Below are positions 24,224 through 38,911 of a stretch of 64,000 bases of DNA, piece by piece. Position 1 is the stretch's first letter; every line of letters begins with the position of its first letter. The DNA is from Chrysomallon squamiferum (lineage: Eukaryota; Animalia; Mollusca). The notes beneath the pieces were generated by a model. That model had not been told where the DNA came from, did not search any database, and was given only the letters and a program-made list of their open reading frames with translations. The stretch lies in contig CM022670.1 in assembly GCA_012295275.1 (NCBI GenBank), positions 5,394,001 through 5,458,000 on the forward strand, read 5' to 3'. The position numbers and the translations under genes are program-made.

Positions 24224-24559
24224 ACTTCGAACTGTTTAATAATGCAACCCGTTATTACATATATACATTTTTTTTTTTTCGTGGACGAAGTGAAGGTTAT
24301 TAAAGACACGTTTACAGGAAGGTAAGAGGTGGTGTGACTAAGTGAAAATATTTGGTAACCTTTGTATACTGAAAAAGCAAGTATAATAATAATGTTGACG
24401 ATGATGATAAAAGTAAGGAAATGAAAACTGACAGAAAAGAAAGAAATTGATTATTTTTACAAATCTTTTTGTTTTTCTTGTGAAATCTTCTAGATATTCT
24501 CTTTCTTTGTTTTTTCTTCTTTCCCTCGTACTTTCTCGTTCTTTATTTAAAACATAATA

Positions 24560-24692
24560 TGGACAACAGTAATAATAACACTAATTATGATAACTATGTA
24601 ATAACAACAACAATAATAACACTAATTATTATATCTATGTAGTAACAACAACAACAATAATAATAACACTAATCATAATAACTATAATAACT
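24560..24692. repeat. ~40-bp tandem repeat, 3 copies
   Basis: AACAACA..AATAATAACACTAAT..TA(A/T)CTAT repeated three times. Confidence 0.8.
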
Positions 24693-25047
24693 TTTCAGAT
24701 GTTGTCAGATTTCAATTCCTTCTTACGTGTAACTACTATTTAATCACAACATGGTTGACCCGTTTTCCTTTTATCATTTATACGGGTGAATGTACAGCAT
24801 AACAAAAGCTGTCTAACAAACAACATTATCTACTTTTACGGGGTGTGACGTTCGAACTGTAGGATCAGAACAAAAAATAATAAAAAATTAGCCGTCTTCT
24901 TGGCTTCTTTCCAATATCAAATTCCGGGCATTATTTGTTGTACAATTTTAAGCTTCCTCGAAAACAGTCCGCATTTAATTGATATTTTTCACGCAATAAT
25001 CCTGAACGAAGTATTAATTTGTTATACGTTGTGAATTGTTGTGTGAA

Positions 25048-25135
<88 letters not shown>

Positions 25136-25772
25136 GTTTACCTGTGAAGGGATTAACCTATTTTTATTAGTTTTATTTTATTTCTCTCTTCAAAATATAA
25201 AAATATAAAATTAAAATTTACAATTTACTTTAACAAAAAAAAAAAAAAAAAAAAAAAAAATGATAGCTTCAATATTTACTGCCATATTTTATTATTAGCA
25301 AATTAACATATATGTTTGTATCTATATACGTACTGTACTTATATTTTTATGTATGTATGTATTTATGTTTGTATATATGTATGTACGTATGTATGTATTT
25401 ATATATGTATGTATGTATCTATGTATGCATGCATATATGTAAGTATGAAAGAATGAATGTATGTACGTGAGTATTATAGCGTATATTCATAATACTGCAA
25501 GACTAATTAAGGAAAGAAAGAATGTATTCAAGTAATCATATCAATACATCTGATTTTATTCAGGTTATCAGTGCTTTCGTTTAGCGCAGCTGTCACAAGT
25601 AGAAAAACACAGAGAAACAGAGATAATGATGACACGTTTTTCTTATACTCGGTTAAAAAAAGAAAACAAAATGGCCGCGCATTAATTAAAGTTAATTTTA
25701 ATTCTTGTCTGTCTCTTTGTTTTTTTCTGATTTGTATTTATTTGTCTGTTTATTAATTAATTAATTAATTTC

Positions 25773-25811
<39 letters not shown>

Positions 25812-26882
25812 GAGGGTTTTTTTTTTTTTTTTTTTTTTTTCCCTTATTATTTAAATTGTCGTTATTTATCTATTTGGCTCTATACATGTACCTGTCTATC
25901 AACCCATCCATCCATCTATCTACTGTTTGTCTGTCTTTCTGTCTGTCTGCATCTATGTATGTATGTATTTGTTTATCTGTCTGTCTGTCTGTCTATATAT
26001 TTGTACATACATACATGTAAAGAAAACCCAAACCCACAATATCTGAAAAAATAGTATTATAGTTAACAACTTTAAAAATACAAAAAAAACAACGTTATTT
26101 CCTACTATACTCAGGTACTCTGATAAACATTAAGTATAATATAAAATAATAATAAATAAATAAATAAATAAAATTAAAAAAAATTGTCACTAGAAGAAAA
26201 AAAAAAAAAAAAAATTCTTATGACGTATAAGCCTTATCAGTTTCCATCTTGAATTACTTATTTTACAGATTTTTCCCCTACCTACTGGTAATCTCATGCA
26301 AGGACGTATTATATTTCCTTTAAACATTCAAGTCGCACTGTTTGCACGTTCTGTGTGGTTTGGTTCCCGTGACGTTTTATTGTAATGTGAATAATACCTG
26401 CCATGTACCCGGAATTGTATACACAGCACTGAAAAAAGAGTTGAGATACCGCCATACCTAAATATCATAGTCAGATATCGTGCTGTCATGGTACGTATTG
26501 TACTTTTTCGAAAAAGAAATTTAAAATGAAAAAAAAAAAAAAAAAAAAAAATAGGAAAAAGGAAAAAGAAGAAGAAAAAGACTAAAGATCGTTTTTTGTG
26601 TGATTTAATAAAAGAGTAAATAAACCCTCAGCTTTACTGAGTATTGTTACACTCTGCTGGTCTTAGATTTCACAGTAAAGAGTTTTATTATTTATTTATT
26701 TACTTATTCTTTCTCTTTTCTCCATAATTTATTTCATTTTATTTATTTATTTACTTATTTATTTATTTATTGATTTAATTATTTACTCTGTCTCTTTACT
26801 CCTTAGTTTATTTCATTTTATTTTATTTATTTATTTTATTTATTTATTTATTTCACGATTGCCTTTCCACATTAATCTTTTA

Positions 26883-26962
<80 letters not shown>

Positions 26963-27899
26963 CTGTCGTTCATAAACAAATCTATATCATAGTTCTTGTT
27001 TTTCTGAATATCACGATTAGACAAAATAATTTTTTTCTTTTTTTTTTCTTAAATACCCAACAGACAAGCCAAACTATAAAATACAAAATAACCATCGCTT
27101 TATATTTAACAACTCAACCGTTTGAAACGTGCTCACATCGTCATGGAGGTTCATATAAATCTATATTTGGCTCAGAATACTGAGGCATGAATAGTCTTTC
27201 TAGGTTGGTCTATGTTAGATTATGAAGATACGAGTGAAACTGGGTTGGGGGGGGGATTGACTTACACAAGCACTGCGAGTTCTCGAAAGTTGCCCGTACT
27301 GAGATCTGATCTAATAAGCTGCCAGGTTATTTACAGAGCGGTGTAGGATGTAAAGCTACATTTTCAAAAGACCGTAAATAAACTCGAAAAATAATATATT
27401 CGTGTAAGCCTAACCGCATGACACAAAATTGTACAGGCTATTTTTTTTTTTTTTTTAATATGAAATACATCACATTGAAGACTCTAAAATGAAGCATTTT
27501 ATTAAAGATGAAAGAAAGATACTAAGAATAAATATTTCTGCTAATGCGTGACAGAAGCCGTAAAAGTACTGCGTACCTAAACTATAGCGATAATTCACTC
27601 TCGTACCTTTCAGCGCGCGACAAAAATAGAAGCTCGTTAGCGACGTTTTTATCGCAGTGTCATCGCAACTGGACAAGTTTTGGCGAGACTTCATTAATTT
27701 CTCCAAGTTCAATCGTTTTCTCAAAAAGAATTTTTTTCCATTTTTTTTTTTTTTTTTTTTTGGCTTATGGACTAATAACTATCTCTAATGAACTGTTTCT
27801 ATCGCAAATAGCATCAGCATTATGATGTCATTATGACTTGCATTTTTTTTTTTTTTCACTATTATTCTTTATTCTTTTCTTCTACCTTTTTTCTTTTAA

Positions 27900-27930
<31 letters not shown>

Positions 27931-28412
27931 CCCCATGATTTTTCGTTTGTGTGCAGATGGCGCTGTCATCAAAACAACCGAGAAAGCTTTGACGTCATTG
28001 CCGTCCGTTCTTTGGCCTTGGAAACGAGTTCTGACTGAAAGTACTTTTAGCGTGTTTTGACGAATGTACGTTTACCTGACCTGGTTAGCCCTAAAATATA
28101 TATAACTCCACCATTTAGTAAATTAAACAGTCAGGTATTTTCATCGAGTCTTTGTTTCAACAGATCGTTACGGCTCATAATTAAGCTTTTTAGATGTATT
28201 AAGTAAACAAAATAATAAGTATTTTTCTGAGACAGATAAGTCATTCCGGGATTTGGAACTATTGTTCTGGGAAAGAATCGATATGTTTGCAGGCTGTAAT
28301 GTTGATAGAAGCAATATCAAAAACGGTTCTCAGTTAAAAAAAACAAAGAGTTTCTGTGACGTTCTACTACAACTGAACTAAACTGCATGAATTCGGTTAA
28401 ATTCTTTGCTAA

Positions 28413-28494
<82 letters not shown>

Positions 28495-28889
28495 ATACGT
28501 AGATACTTATATAGATTTCGGTAGCGGTGTTAATCTGCTACGGTATTTTGTGTTTAATCTTCTTAAGTTTTTGCATTATAATGTATTTACATTCATCTAT
28601 ATATGCATGGATAAACACACACGTTTATATTCTCGCACACATATATTATATACATATATATACATACATACATATATACAAACAGACAGACAGACACAGA
28701 CTAGGACATATGCAAACAAATAAATGCATATTATATGTTTCTCCATTCATGATTTACCAGAACTGGACAGTTGTCATATCTATATATATTTAAAAACGCT
28801 TTTATTTAATCAGTTTAATCAACGCTTTTAAGAGTATTCTCAGTGAGAAGTTTATAATTCTGGCGATTTCTCACTCGTATCATCATTGT

Positions 28890-28930
<41 letters not shown>

Positions 28931-29091
28931 TAATTATACTACTGGGAGGTCACTCTATGTTTGTTGGCTGGGACGGGGGGGAGGCAGCCCAAAGCAAGCA
29001 ACGAGGAGGGTTAATCTTACATATACGATTGTGAAGAACTGATTTTCTTTATTTTATTTTCAATTGATTTATTTTCTTCTTTTTCTTCTTC

Positions 29092-29156
<65 letters not shown>

Positions 29157-29169
29157 GCTATTGCTATCA

Positions 29170-29216
<47 letters not shown>

Positions 29217-30027
29217 AATTAAATTTTTTTTTTTTTTTTTGTGTAAACGTAACCTGAATGAGAAAGATTAATGTTTGATCGTCGGAAAGAAAACTGAACA
29301 CGGAAACTAATTGTCGGTTATGATACAATCGTGAATGCGCATGTTGAAGTGATTTTTATAACATCCGGTTAGCTGCAATATTACACACACAGTTCTATTT
29401 TCAGATACATTATTTTATTGCAGCCGTTTTATGTCCTGTAATCGAGATCTTAAAGTACATCAGAAAAAGAGTCCATAAAAAGGCATTTTGTATTTTGCGT
29501 AGTTTAATGTGATTGTTTTATTATCGCTTCGCCAAACATTTTTTTTCTTTTTTTTTAAATAATAAAATATGACAAAAATAACATGGCCGTAAAAAACACG
29601 GGTGTTTAGAATTTCTCGTTTTCACCTCAAAACGATTTCGTGCTCAGAAATGTATTAACAATGAAATTTAAAAAGTAAATATAACCGACTCATTTCCTTA
29701 GTGATTATAAAGGTGTGCAAGCGAAAACTGATGTCATTCTAAATATATCCGGTTTTTCGTTAATTTTCAGCGTACGAAGTGACGCCACAAATAGAATATT
29801 TGATTTAATATGTACCTCTGACGTAGGAGTTCAGTAGCAGATTGTTTGTCTGTAGTGCGAAGAGTTCCAGAATCAGTTTCTTTTACTTTTTTTCTTGTAG
29901 TTTGTAGAACAAAAATAAGGTTTTCAATGCCCCGGGCTTTTCTTAAATAAAAATATGCCTGCAAACCTTTCTGCGATTTGTAATCGATACAAATACAGTG
30001 ATGCCCATTCAGATACATACATACAGT

Positions 30028-30106
<79 letters not shown>

Positions 30107-30259
30107 CAGGCACACATACACACTCATGCACATATAAATACATACATAAAGGTATACACACACACACACACACATACGTATGTACGTATACATACACAGA
30201 TAGGTAAGTATACATACATAATAACAGATGCATACAGAGTAACAGATACACCCACTCAA

Positions 30260-30291
<32 letters not shown>

Positions 30292-31667
30292 CATACTAAA
30301 TGTGTACGTGATCAACAAAATTTGCATTATAAATTTAAAATTATGAAGTAACTGCGTGACATTCTGAAAACTGCGTGTGGAAACTCACACCTTTAGACAA
30401 TAACTGTCGTCAGTTACACATTGCTCGTCAGAGAACCACCAGAATCTCGTTTTTCTTCTTGAGGTCATTTCAAACTGTAACGTCGCCATATTTCTTTTTC
30501 TTTTTTTTTTTCTCTCCCATTCTTTGACTTGTTTAACCTAGTTTTCTCAGACCTTGTAACTTAATGTACTGATAATTTACAGATATCGGTGAATGCGAAA
30601 TGAAGCCAGCACGGCTGACGTCTTGATAGCTGTCACGAAAAAAAAAAAAAAAAAAATGGATACGTCGTGCTTAATAAGTCTTATTCCCCTGCTAGGGTCG
30701 AAACAGTGCTTGTCTCTGAGGGGAGGGCTTTGTAGGTGATGGTAATTTTGTTTTTCAAAGAAAATTCAAATAATGTTGTGTTACGTTAGATAGATAGTTG
30801 TTGTTGTTGTTGAAAAGCTCTGCGGCGTGATGTACGTTTAGCAGGCATTAAAAATTGATAATTAAACAAAGAAATGATTACGCACCTCGCTTTGTGTTCT
30901 TTCTCTTGCTTGTCTTCTTTCCTTTCCTTGTTTTTGTTTACTTTCATTTTCCTATATATAGGCATATACATAATTATAATTTTCATGTTTCCCATGGCTC
31001 TCGAAGGATTTTTTTTCTTTCTTTCTTTCTTTTTGATACTGTATTTCGCGCTGGCCTTAATTAATTTAATAACCTATCTAATATGTAACATCATTAACTC
31101 TGAGTTTTAATAAATCATTACGTTACTTCATACGAAGCCTATCGAGTTTGTCTTGGAAACACTAGACATAACGTGCCTATGGCAAAGGTGCTTGAACTTT
31201 CAAACTGATCACTGGGCTCAGACAGCATTCAATCCACGACACATAACTATTTATTTATTTATTTATTTCTGAAAAAGAAACCTGCAGCTTGTGAAAAGAA
31301 GGTGGCGTATATGGCTTCCCCTGAATCCGTTTGTGTTTGCAGAAAGAAAAATGTCATGCGTTAAAAATCTGCTTCTGGTCATATGGGATCGTTTCGAAAA
31401 CAACTCACAGGAGCGGTCGGTACTAGAATTATATAATAATATCTCTTTATAATGTGTATTTGTGAAAGAGAGAAAAAAAAAAAAAAAAAAAAAAAAAGAC
31501 CGTAAAAGAAAGACAACAAAACGTTGAAGATAAAAAGAAAAAAGTTAGAAAGCAATTATCATCATCTTTATTACTAAATATTTATTTTATTTTAACTTAT
31601 TTATTTATTTATTATATAGTTGTTTTTCTCTTAATTGTGGTTATTATTATTGTTCTTTTTCAAACTA

Positions 31668-31703
<36 letters not shown>

Positions 31704-32711
31704 CGTTGTCGTTATAACAGCTATTGCCATTGTAATGTACATATTATTTATATAAAAAAATGTAGGTCGTCGTCCTAGACGTACTGTTATTAACTGAAAT
31801 TGAAAAAGACATGTTAGTAACGACATGTATTTATTCCTACATGCATTTATTCGTTTATGCTGTCATTCGTGTATTTAACCATACACGTTACAACACCAGT
31901 CAGCATTAGTGTGAATGAATCGTTGTTTATTCACGCCAGGTTAAAAGCAGGGACATTTTCTTACGACATTCTACGCAGTCATTTCAAAACCGCTCGATAA
32001 TTTTTATTTTCATTTTTTTTTTTTTTTTCAGTTCTTCCTTTCTTTTTCTGACCTTGGGTTCAGTAACACCGATAAAGAAATACATGCATTTTCATAACGT
32101 CTAGAAGCCATGTGCAGGGTGAAAAAAAAATACATTAAGGAAAATAAATAAATACGTATGTATGCATACACACACAAAACACATAAACAGGTATATAAAA
32201 ATATCTTTATGAACACACACAGTCATACATACAAAAACATAAATACCCCTCCATGCATCGCAGACATAAATACGAATATTAATGCGCACATGTATGCACA
32301 GACAAACAAAACATAAATACATAGATAAACATATTAAACATTCAAATTATTCATGATGCACATAAAACCACTTATAATCTGTTCCGTTCTAAATAAATAT
32401 CTGCATTCATCAGACTGTGTTATTTCTAAATGTGTTTTGTACTCCAGACCAACAACAACAGCAGCAACAACGACCATAACAAAATACCACAACAATATTA
32501 CAGTTAATAGTAATTATATCAGAAACAGAATTACAGGTTGACGGGGGTAGAAGTTCCCTTGGGTAGTTTTCCAGTAAAATATATCAGCATGTTTTTCTAC
32601 TCATATCTAGGATATTCAGATGAAAATGATAATCATCTTTCTGCTATAAACAAACTGATTCTGTTCTTTCTTTAAGCATTTTGTATTTGCTCAGTTCTGA
32701 AGACAAAACTA

Positions 32712-32946
32712 CAGGGTGTCCACAAAGTCTGGGTACATGGGGAATTTTACTATGTTATTTATTTTTGTTATTTGTCTTACTCAGATCGAATGATGGCTCT
32801 GTCTAAAGAAGAAAGAATCGAGTTGGTACTCTTAAGTGGACGAGAAGGATGGTCTTATCGCAAAGTTGCAGAAGAATTCAACCTTAGACACCCTAATAGA
32901 CAACCTATTTATTTTACTTATGTACCCAGACTTTATGGACACCCTG
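32712..32946 (+). mobile_element. Internally deleted Tc1/mariner-superfamily DNA transposon (235 bp, non-autonomous)
   Basis: 27-bp TIRs CAGGGTGTCCACAAAGTCTGGGTACAT / ATGTACCCAGACTTTATGGACACCCTG (1 mismatch) with TA on both sides. Retains a transposase-like N-terminus MALSKEERIELVLLSGREGWSYRKVAEEFNLRHPNRQPI from ATG at 32790/32793. Confidence 0.93.
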
Positions 32947-33176
32947 TAGAACTGAAATTTTAATTTCCTTAAGGTGCATTCATTCACATGATTAGCTTTA
33001 CCATTCAAATGTTCTCAGTCGTATGGAAGTCGGTACGATTTATTGCATAGTCGGAATGCCCCTTTAATATGCGATATATAAAAAAATATGACTTAAAGCA
33101 TATGTTGTCTATAGTATATTTGTATATAATAAACTTTGGTCAACTGACTTGATAACAAAAACGTCAGTGTCATTTG

Positions 33177-33209
<33 letters not shown>

Positions 33210-33487
33210 AAGTCTGTTCCCCTTCCCCGTTGATAACAGGTTTAAATATAGTTCAGATATCAAGCACTAAACAAATGATTTTAAAATTACTCTGAATTTC
33301 TTATTTTTGTTGTTATTTCCAACTGTCCTAGGTATACATTCTACGTATACCATATGTATTATTTAAGTTAACACCTTAAACATAATTCTAAACACAATCC
33401 TTCTAGCTTCTAACCTTTATAAAGTACCATATTTCTTAATGGTGTAAAATATGAAGATATCACGGTTTACAGTTGTATGTATGTATG

Positions 33488-33521
<34 letters not shown>

Positions 33522-33595
33522 TGTATGTATGTATGTATGTATGTATACATGTAAAAAAGAAAATAATCTGATGCCTAAACTAGTAGTGCTATTAC

Positions 33596-33757
33596 AAACA
33601 GCACGAAGTGGCCTTTTCCCTCCACCTTCCCATAGATAGAAATACACAAAACCACAGCCTTTCAGAGAATAGCCTTTGGGAGCCAGGGTCGGACGGGAAT
33701 TAGGTAAATCCATTGCTGATCAAACCACTGAACTTCAGGCACTCCCCCCCACCGACT
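33596..33757 (-). mobile_element. Degenerate SINE fragment with Deu/Nin-domain-like core
   Basis: Minus strand AAAGGCTGTGGTTTTGTGTATTTCTATCTATGGGAAGGTGGAGGGAAAAGGCCACTTCGTGCTG resembles the recalled Deu/Nin core (AAAGGCCGTGGTATGTGCTATCCTGTCTGTGGGATGGTGCATATAAAAGATCCCTTGCT). Confidence 0.55.
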
Positions 33758-34417
33758 ACTTGCACAACTATAATTAGTAAAATAACCCTCAACTTGGAGT
33801 CACGTTTCACCTTAACAACAGATAACAAAATAGCTTTATCTCTCATGTTGCCAAAATAAAATAAAAATATGAATTCTCTGCGCTAACAAAAGTTAATACA
33901 AGTGTCTTGTCTCTGGAGTCCTCTATTGTTAAGTTATGTTACGAATTGCTGTCAAGTGTTGGTGTGCTATATTTAGTAATTTCATCATAAGTCAACTCAT
34001 GTGTACATGCCGACGTACGGTTTCGTATAATACACAGCGTATTCATTGGAATCAAACATCTGAAATATTTTTACAACCTACTTAAGATACAAGCTTGTTT
34101 ACGGCGGAACCCGAAAACAAGTTTTTCTACGACAAGCTTCAGTGTCGGTCTTTTTTTATCACAAAAATATTCACCTAGTGAGAAACACGTACACACATAA
34201 TAATTACATATTACACATAACACATATGCACAGGCATGTTTTTTATGCTGTGTGTCCATGTATACGCAGATGCACATTTATACATGTATAGACAAGTTGC
34301 AATGTTATTTTTACCGAAAAAATAAATTCGATCCCGTCAATTTTATCTCACCACCTCACCTCAAACACTAAATGAATTTATTTATTTTTAAATCACTCCA
34401 TATGATACAATTTCCGG

Positions 34418-34478
<61 letters not shown>

Positions 34479-34867
34479 GACATTCCGATTCCGATTTGTT
34501 AGCCGCGACCTTGATCAGGCTTGAAATCACGTGGCATTAGTCTGCACGATTTACTGTCAATAGTCTATTGGTACGATGCCGTCACAAATAAGTAGGTCGA
34601 TGTGCTGTTTTAGCGGCAGCCGCCTACATTACCACTGTTCCGAGTTAAAATAATTATCTAGCTTTGATTCCAAAGACGTTATTAATTCTAAGTATTTCAA
34701 GCTTTGTTGTAAAAGATGAACCTAGAAATGTCAAACTGTAGTGGTTTTAATGGTTTGCTTCTCCCTTTTGATTCAGAACGGTGTAAATAAACTCATTAAA
34801 GAAATAGGAAAATACAGAATGGACAAGAATAGATATTAATAGATAAGAATGAAGATTATATACTTAA

Positions 34868-34909
<42 letters not shown>

Positions 34910-35199
34910 ATTGCTGTTTATTTTAGAAATCAGTTAAGAGATATGCCGTCAGTTTTAAAAAATTAATCATCTTCATTGTAATGAATTTTCTACAAATCCA
35001 TCATTATTATTATTATTATTATTATATACAACCAGAAATAAATGATTAGCAGGTAGGTACATTTTCCAGAAGTGTACAGAGGTGTAATGTTATATCAGAG
35101 AATCTGTATGAATGTAAATAACTGTGTATCTATTTATCAGTATAAGCAAATAAATTTGCAAGTGATATCAAATATTGCTTTTCTTTGACGTAAGTTTTG

Positions 35200-35530
35200 C
35201 AGACAGAGCGAGCAAACAAAGGAAACATTTCTTACAGCTGTTGGTTAACGAAGGAAGCCTGCGGGCGAGTTTTTCCTTCAGAACGATCCGCGGAGCCCGA
35301 GGCGGTGGTTTTGTTGCGTGATTGCGTCTTGCGACAACGCGCGGACGTTGATGATGTCGGGTTCCTGCAGAAATGTGTCAGGTAGCGGTCGATCGCGTGA
35401 CGTAGCTGATTTCCTGTTTATCTCCGAGAGGCTGAGCGTGCCGTTGACGGAAAACAATATGGCGTGTTTAAGGAAATGTCACCGAGATCGGTCATCCACC
35501 CGCTTCTGTTTCTGGCTCGGTTTTCGATCG
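35200..35530. promoter_or_regulatory. CpG-island-like patch
   Basis: Among the most GC/CpG-dense stretches in the window. Has TGACGT, TTCCTG and AATATGGCG motifs; no credible ORF. Confidence 0.45.
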
Positions 35531-37566
35531 ATACTCTGAGTATTGATTGAGAAAAGGCACTTGATGTCTTTTGTCAGCTTGTTTTATTTTTTTTTTTTTT
35601 TTTACTCATTTTACTTTTACTCTTCATTTTTATTTTTATCTTTGTTCTGTAATGCATGGATGTATCTGTTTATTTGTTTGTGTATCCATCGTTTACTAAA
35701 CGTTGATGACAATGCTAAGCCGCAACTAAGAGGTTTATCGTATGCATGAAACTACATTTGACTCAGTTTCCGGTTATTTATGCAAACATTTATCTGCTTA
35801 TTTATTTACTAAAGACAAACAAATTCCCGATCAAACCGTATTAGACAAATATGCATAATCACCCATCAACACATTAATGTTAATGGTTTGTTCAGAGTCA
35901 AAGGTTTTTTCATTTTCTTTCTTTCTTTGACTCAGTGGTGTGAGCGCTTCTTTAAACGTGACAGATCTAAATCTCAACACTTTCTACCTGTTCCAGCTGC
36001 TGCCATTCATCTGATTTATCGAATACCATGTACGTACTATCGTGTCTGTAAGAGTACAAAATATCTCTCTTCTAGAATCAAAAGCGACGGCGGATATTTC
36101 TCTCGTATTGCAAATTAAATTATAAGACAAAAATTATGTTAAAAACCTGCTGAGATGTCGCTAAAGGAAATACCTATGCTTTCAGTTTATAAAGTGACAA
36201 TCATCATTCCATAGACTTGTCGCTCGTACACATTGCATCTTTTGTGTAGTCTTCTGACAAAAACGAGAGCAAGTAGGCCTGCAACAGTCTTTGCTTAATA
36301 TTCACCGGTCACTACAATATCAATGACACATACATATGTATATGTATATATATATATATATTTGTTACATTTTTTCGTGTACATATTCTATTAAGTGGTT
36401 TATTATAAGTGCTATTTTTACGCTTGCACATAAACCACATTGACACAATACACACATACATACATACACCCACACATACATACATACATACCATACACAC
36501 GCTTGCTGAATACGCTTGCATGCATTAGTACATGTGTTGCATTCTCTCTGCCAGGTTATTTATTGATGTTCCATGCACACCGTAAGCTGATGTAACCTAT
36601 CTCCTACAGACGGCGTAAGGTAGCGTCAGAACAACAGACGTATACGTTATTGTTCTGCTCGATATACACCAACCCACGCTCGCTGCCCGCAGATCGATGG
36701 CTGATGAGTTGTGTCTTTAAAAGTGCTGACCTGGTAACCGTAACCCCGGCCTGTTCGTAAAAGAAAGATTAAATGAACTACACGAACAATGAACACGAAC
36801 AATGAACACGAACATGATTTGAATCAGTAGAGATCAATAATGATGAAAGAAGTTGCTTCGCGTTTTATGAAAAAAAAAAAAAAATCCATAACGCGTTGTG
36901 TGTATAGTGAACAGAAGGATGGTTTTGATATATAATATATTTTTTAAACTATTTTCTTTATTCGTGTTTTGTTCTGTTTGTTTGTTTTCTCTTTATTAAT
37001 TAATTAATTTGTTTATCGCAGGTAGGCACGCAGGAATAAGAGGTAGAACAAAAAAAAAAAAAACAGCTTTTCTCTGGGAATTATTTAAACAGTATTTTAC
37101 GTGTTGTCTGTGTGTTTATTAGTTGATTTTGCTAAAGCCAGAAATCACTGTAAATATTAGCGATGGAGTAATTTTATTTGTATCTACGTGAATATATATC
37201 AGCATCATTGTGCAGCCGTTGTGGACAAAAGCCTCAGTATGTTTCCGCGTCTTTTCATGCCGTTTGCTTTATTGTTGTTGTTTTTGTTTGTTTGTTGTTG
37301 TTCGTTATTATTATTGTTGTTGTTGTTGTTGTTGTTTGGTGTTTTTAGTGTTGTTGTTTGTTTGGTTTTTTTTTTTTTTTGTTGTGTTTGTTTTTGTGGG
37401 GTTTTTTTTGTTGTTTACCCTTCAACGCTGCTCAGAATGGTTTGGAAGGGTTCGGCAGTATGGGTGAACGAAACTGCCCAGTCTTCGACAAGATGGTGAC
37501 CTGAATACCCAGCTATCTGTCAGACGGTTCCGAGATTAGTACTCAGGTCGTCAAAGAATCGACCGT

Positions 37567-37632
<66 letters not shown>

Positions 37633-38409
37633 CTTAATATACTTCAGATTAAACAAAAATATTCAAATGATAGGACATTAATAAGGCAAATGAAAATAAA
37701 TATCTAAACTGGATTTAGTCGTAACATAAATAAACTGTAATTTAGAACTTTTTAATTTTTAAAACCTTGCCGTTCCTTAGGGTTCAGTATTTCAAAACAT
37801 TCTCTATATACCATCCATTACTCTCAGTGTTTTGCAGCGGTGACCTCATGATCTATTGGGGTCTTTCAAAATTCTAGTTCATCATTAAATGTCATTATTA
37901 TCTAAAATACTTCCACATCAGTCTGAACATTCAGTTCAACTGTTGCGTTACTGTCTGTTAACTTTTGCCATATAGCACCTCTGTAGCCGTTTCTGCCCTC
38001 TGGGACATTCAGCATTTCACTTCAGTCGTAACATGCCATTATTCTGTCTTAACTCTAGCCCAACAGACTTTCTACGTCTTTATACAGCTTAGATATTACT
38101 GTCTTATGGGACTTTTCAACAGTTCAGTTAATTTATCACATTATTCCTAGTTAAAGTCTGCCAAAGACGGCCACGGTATGTTTTGATACCTTTCAGATCA
38201 GTCGTTATAATTATGTCACTGAAGAATTTTATCAAGTTTGGGGTCCCTGGATATTATGCTTTGCTGTTTCCAAAACAGTTTCCCAAAGCTAATTTGACCT
38301 CCAAGTCGTAATCAAAGAATATTTTTGGAAACGAAGTTACGTAATAATTACATTTCCATCATATCAGTTCAGCCGCATAACTTTACTACAGAAATCTCAC
38401 GTTTGAGTT

Positions 38410-38680
38410 CCCATCTATGTCACGTGAACACGGAAACGGGAAAATGGCGTCCGAGGCATTTACGCAAGCGGTGCGTGGAATGTGAGCAATGTTCCCGCGG
38501 TTAGTTGTTACGTCTGCGTGTTTTCGTAGTGCCCGCGCGTGCACTGCAGAGAGCCCACGTCAGGATTGTGTGTTGTGATAACCTGACAAGTTTCTGATAT
38601 TATTACAGCTATAGACGTGTTACTTGAAACAGAATGCTCGGCGTATGTATACAAACCGTCCACTGCGAAACACTCGCAAA
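38410..38680. promoter_or_regulatory. CpG-rich enhancer/promoter-like patch
   Basis: GTCACGTGA E-box, CGGAA, AAAATGGCG (YY1-like) and dense CpG. Confidence 0.4.
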
Positions 38681-38798
38681 TATTACGTACAAAAATAACA
38701 GCTACAAATATGCTGGTTATAACAAACGTGCAATTCTTCCATATGTTTTCTGTTAATTCTGTATTCCCTATTATCTAATTTTGTGCAAGCAAGCCATT

Positions 38799-38847
<49 letters not shown>

Positions 38848-38879
38848 TAACTCCCTAAAATTAATGAACATGGATATAA

Positions 38880-38911
<32 letters not shown>

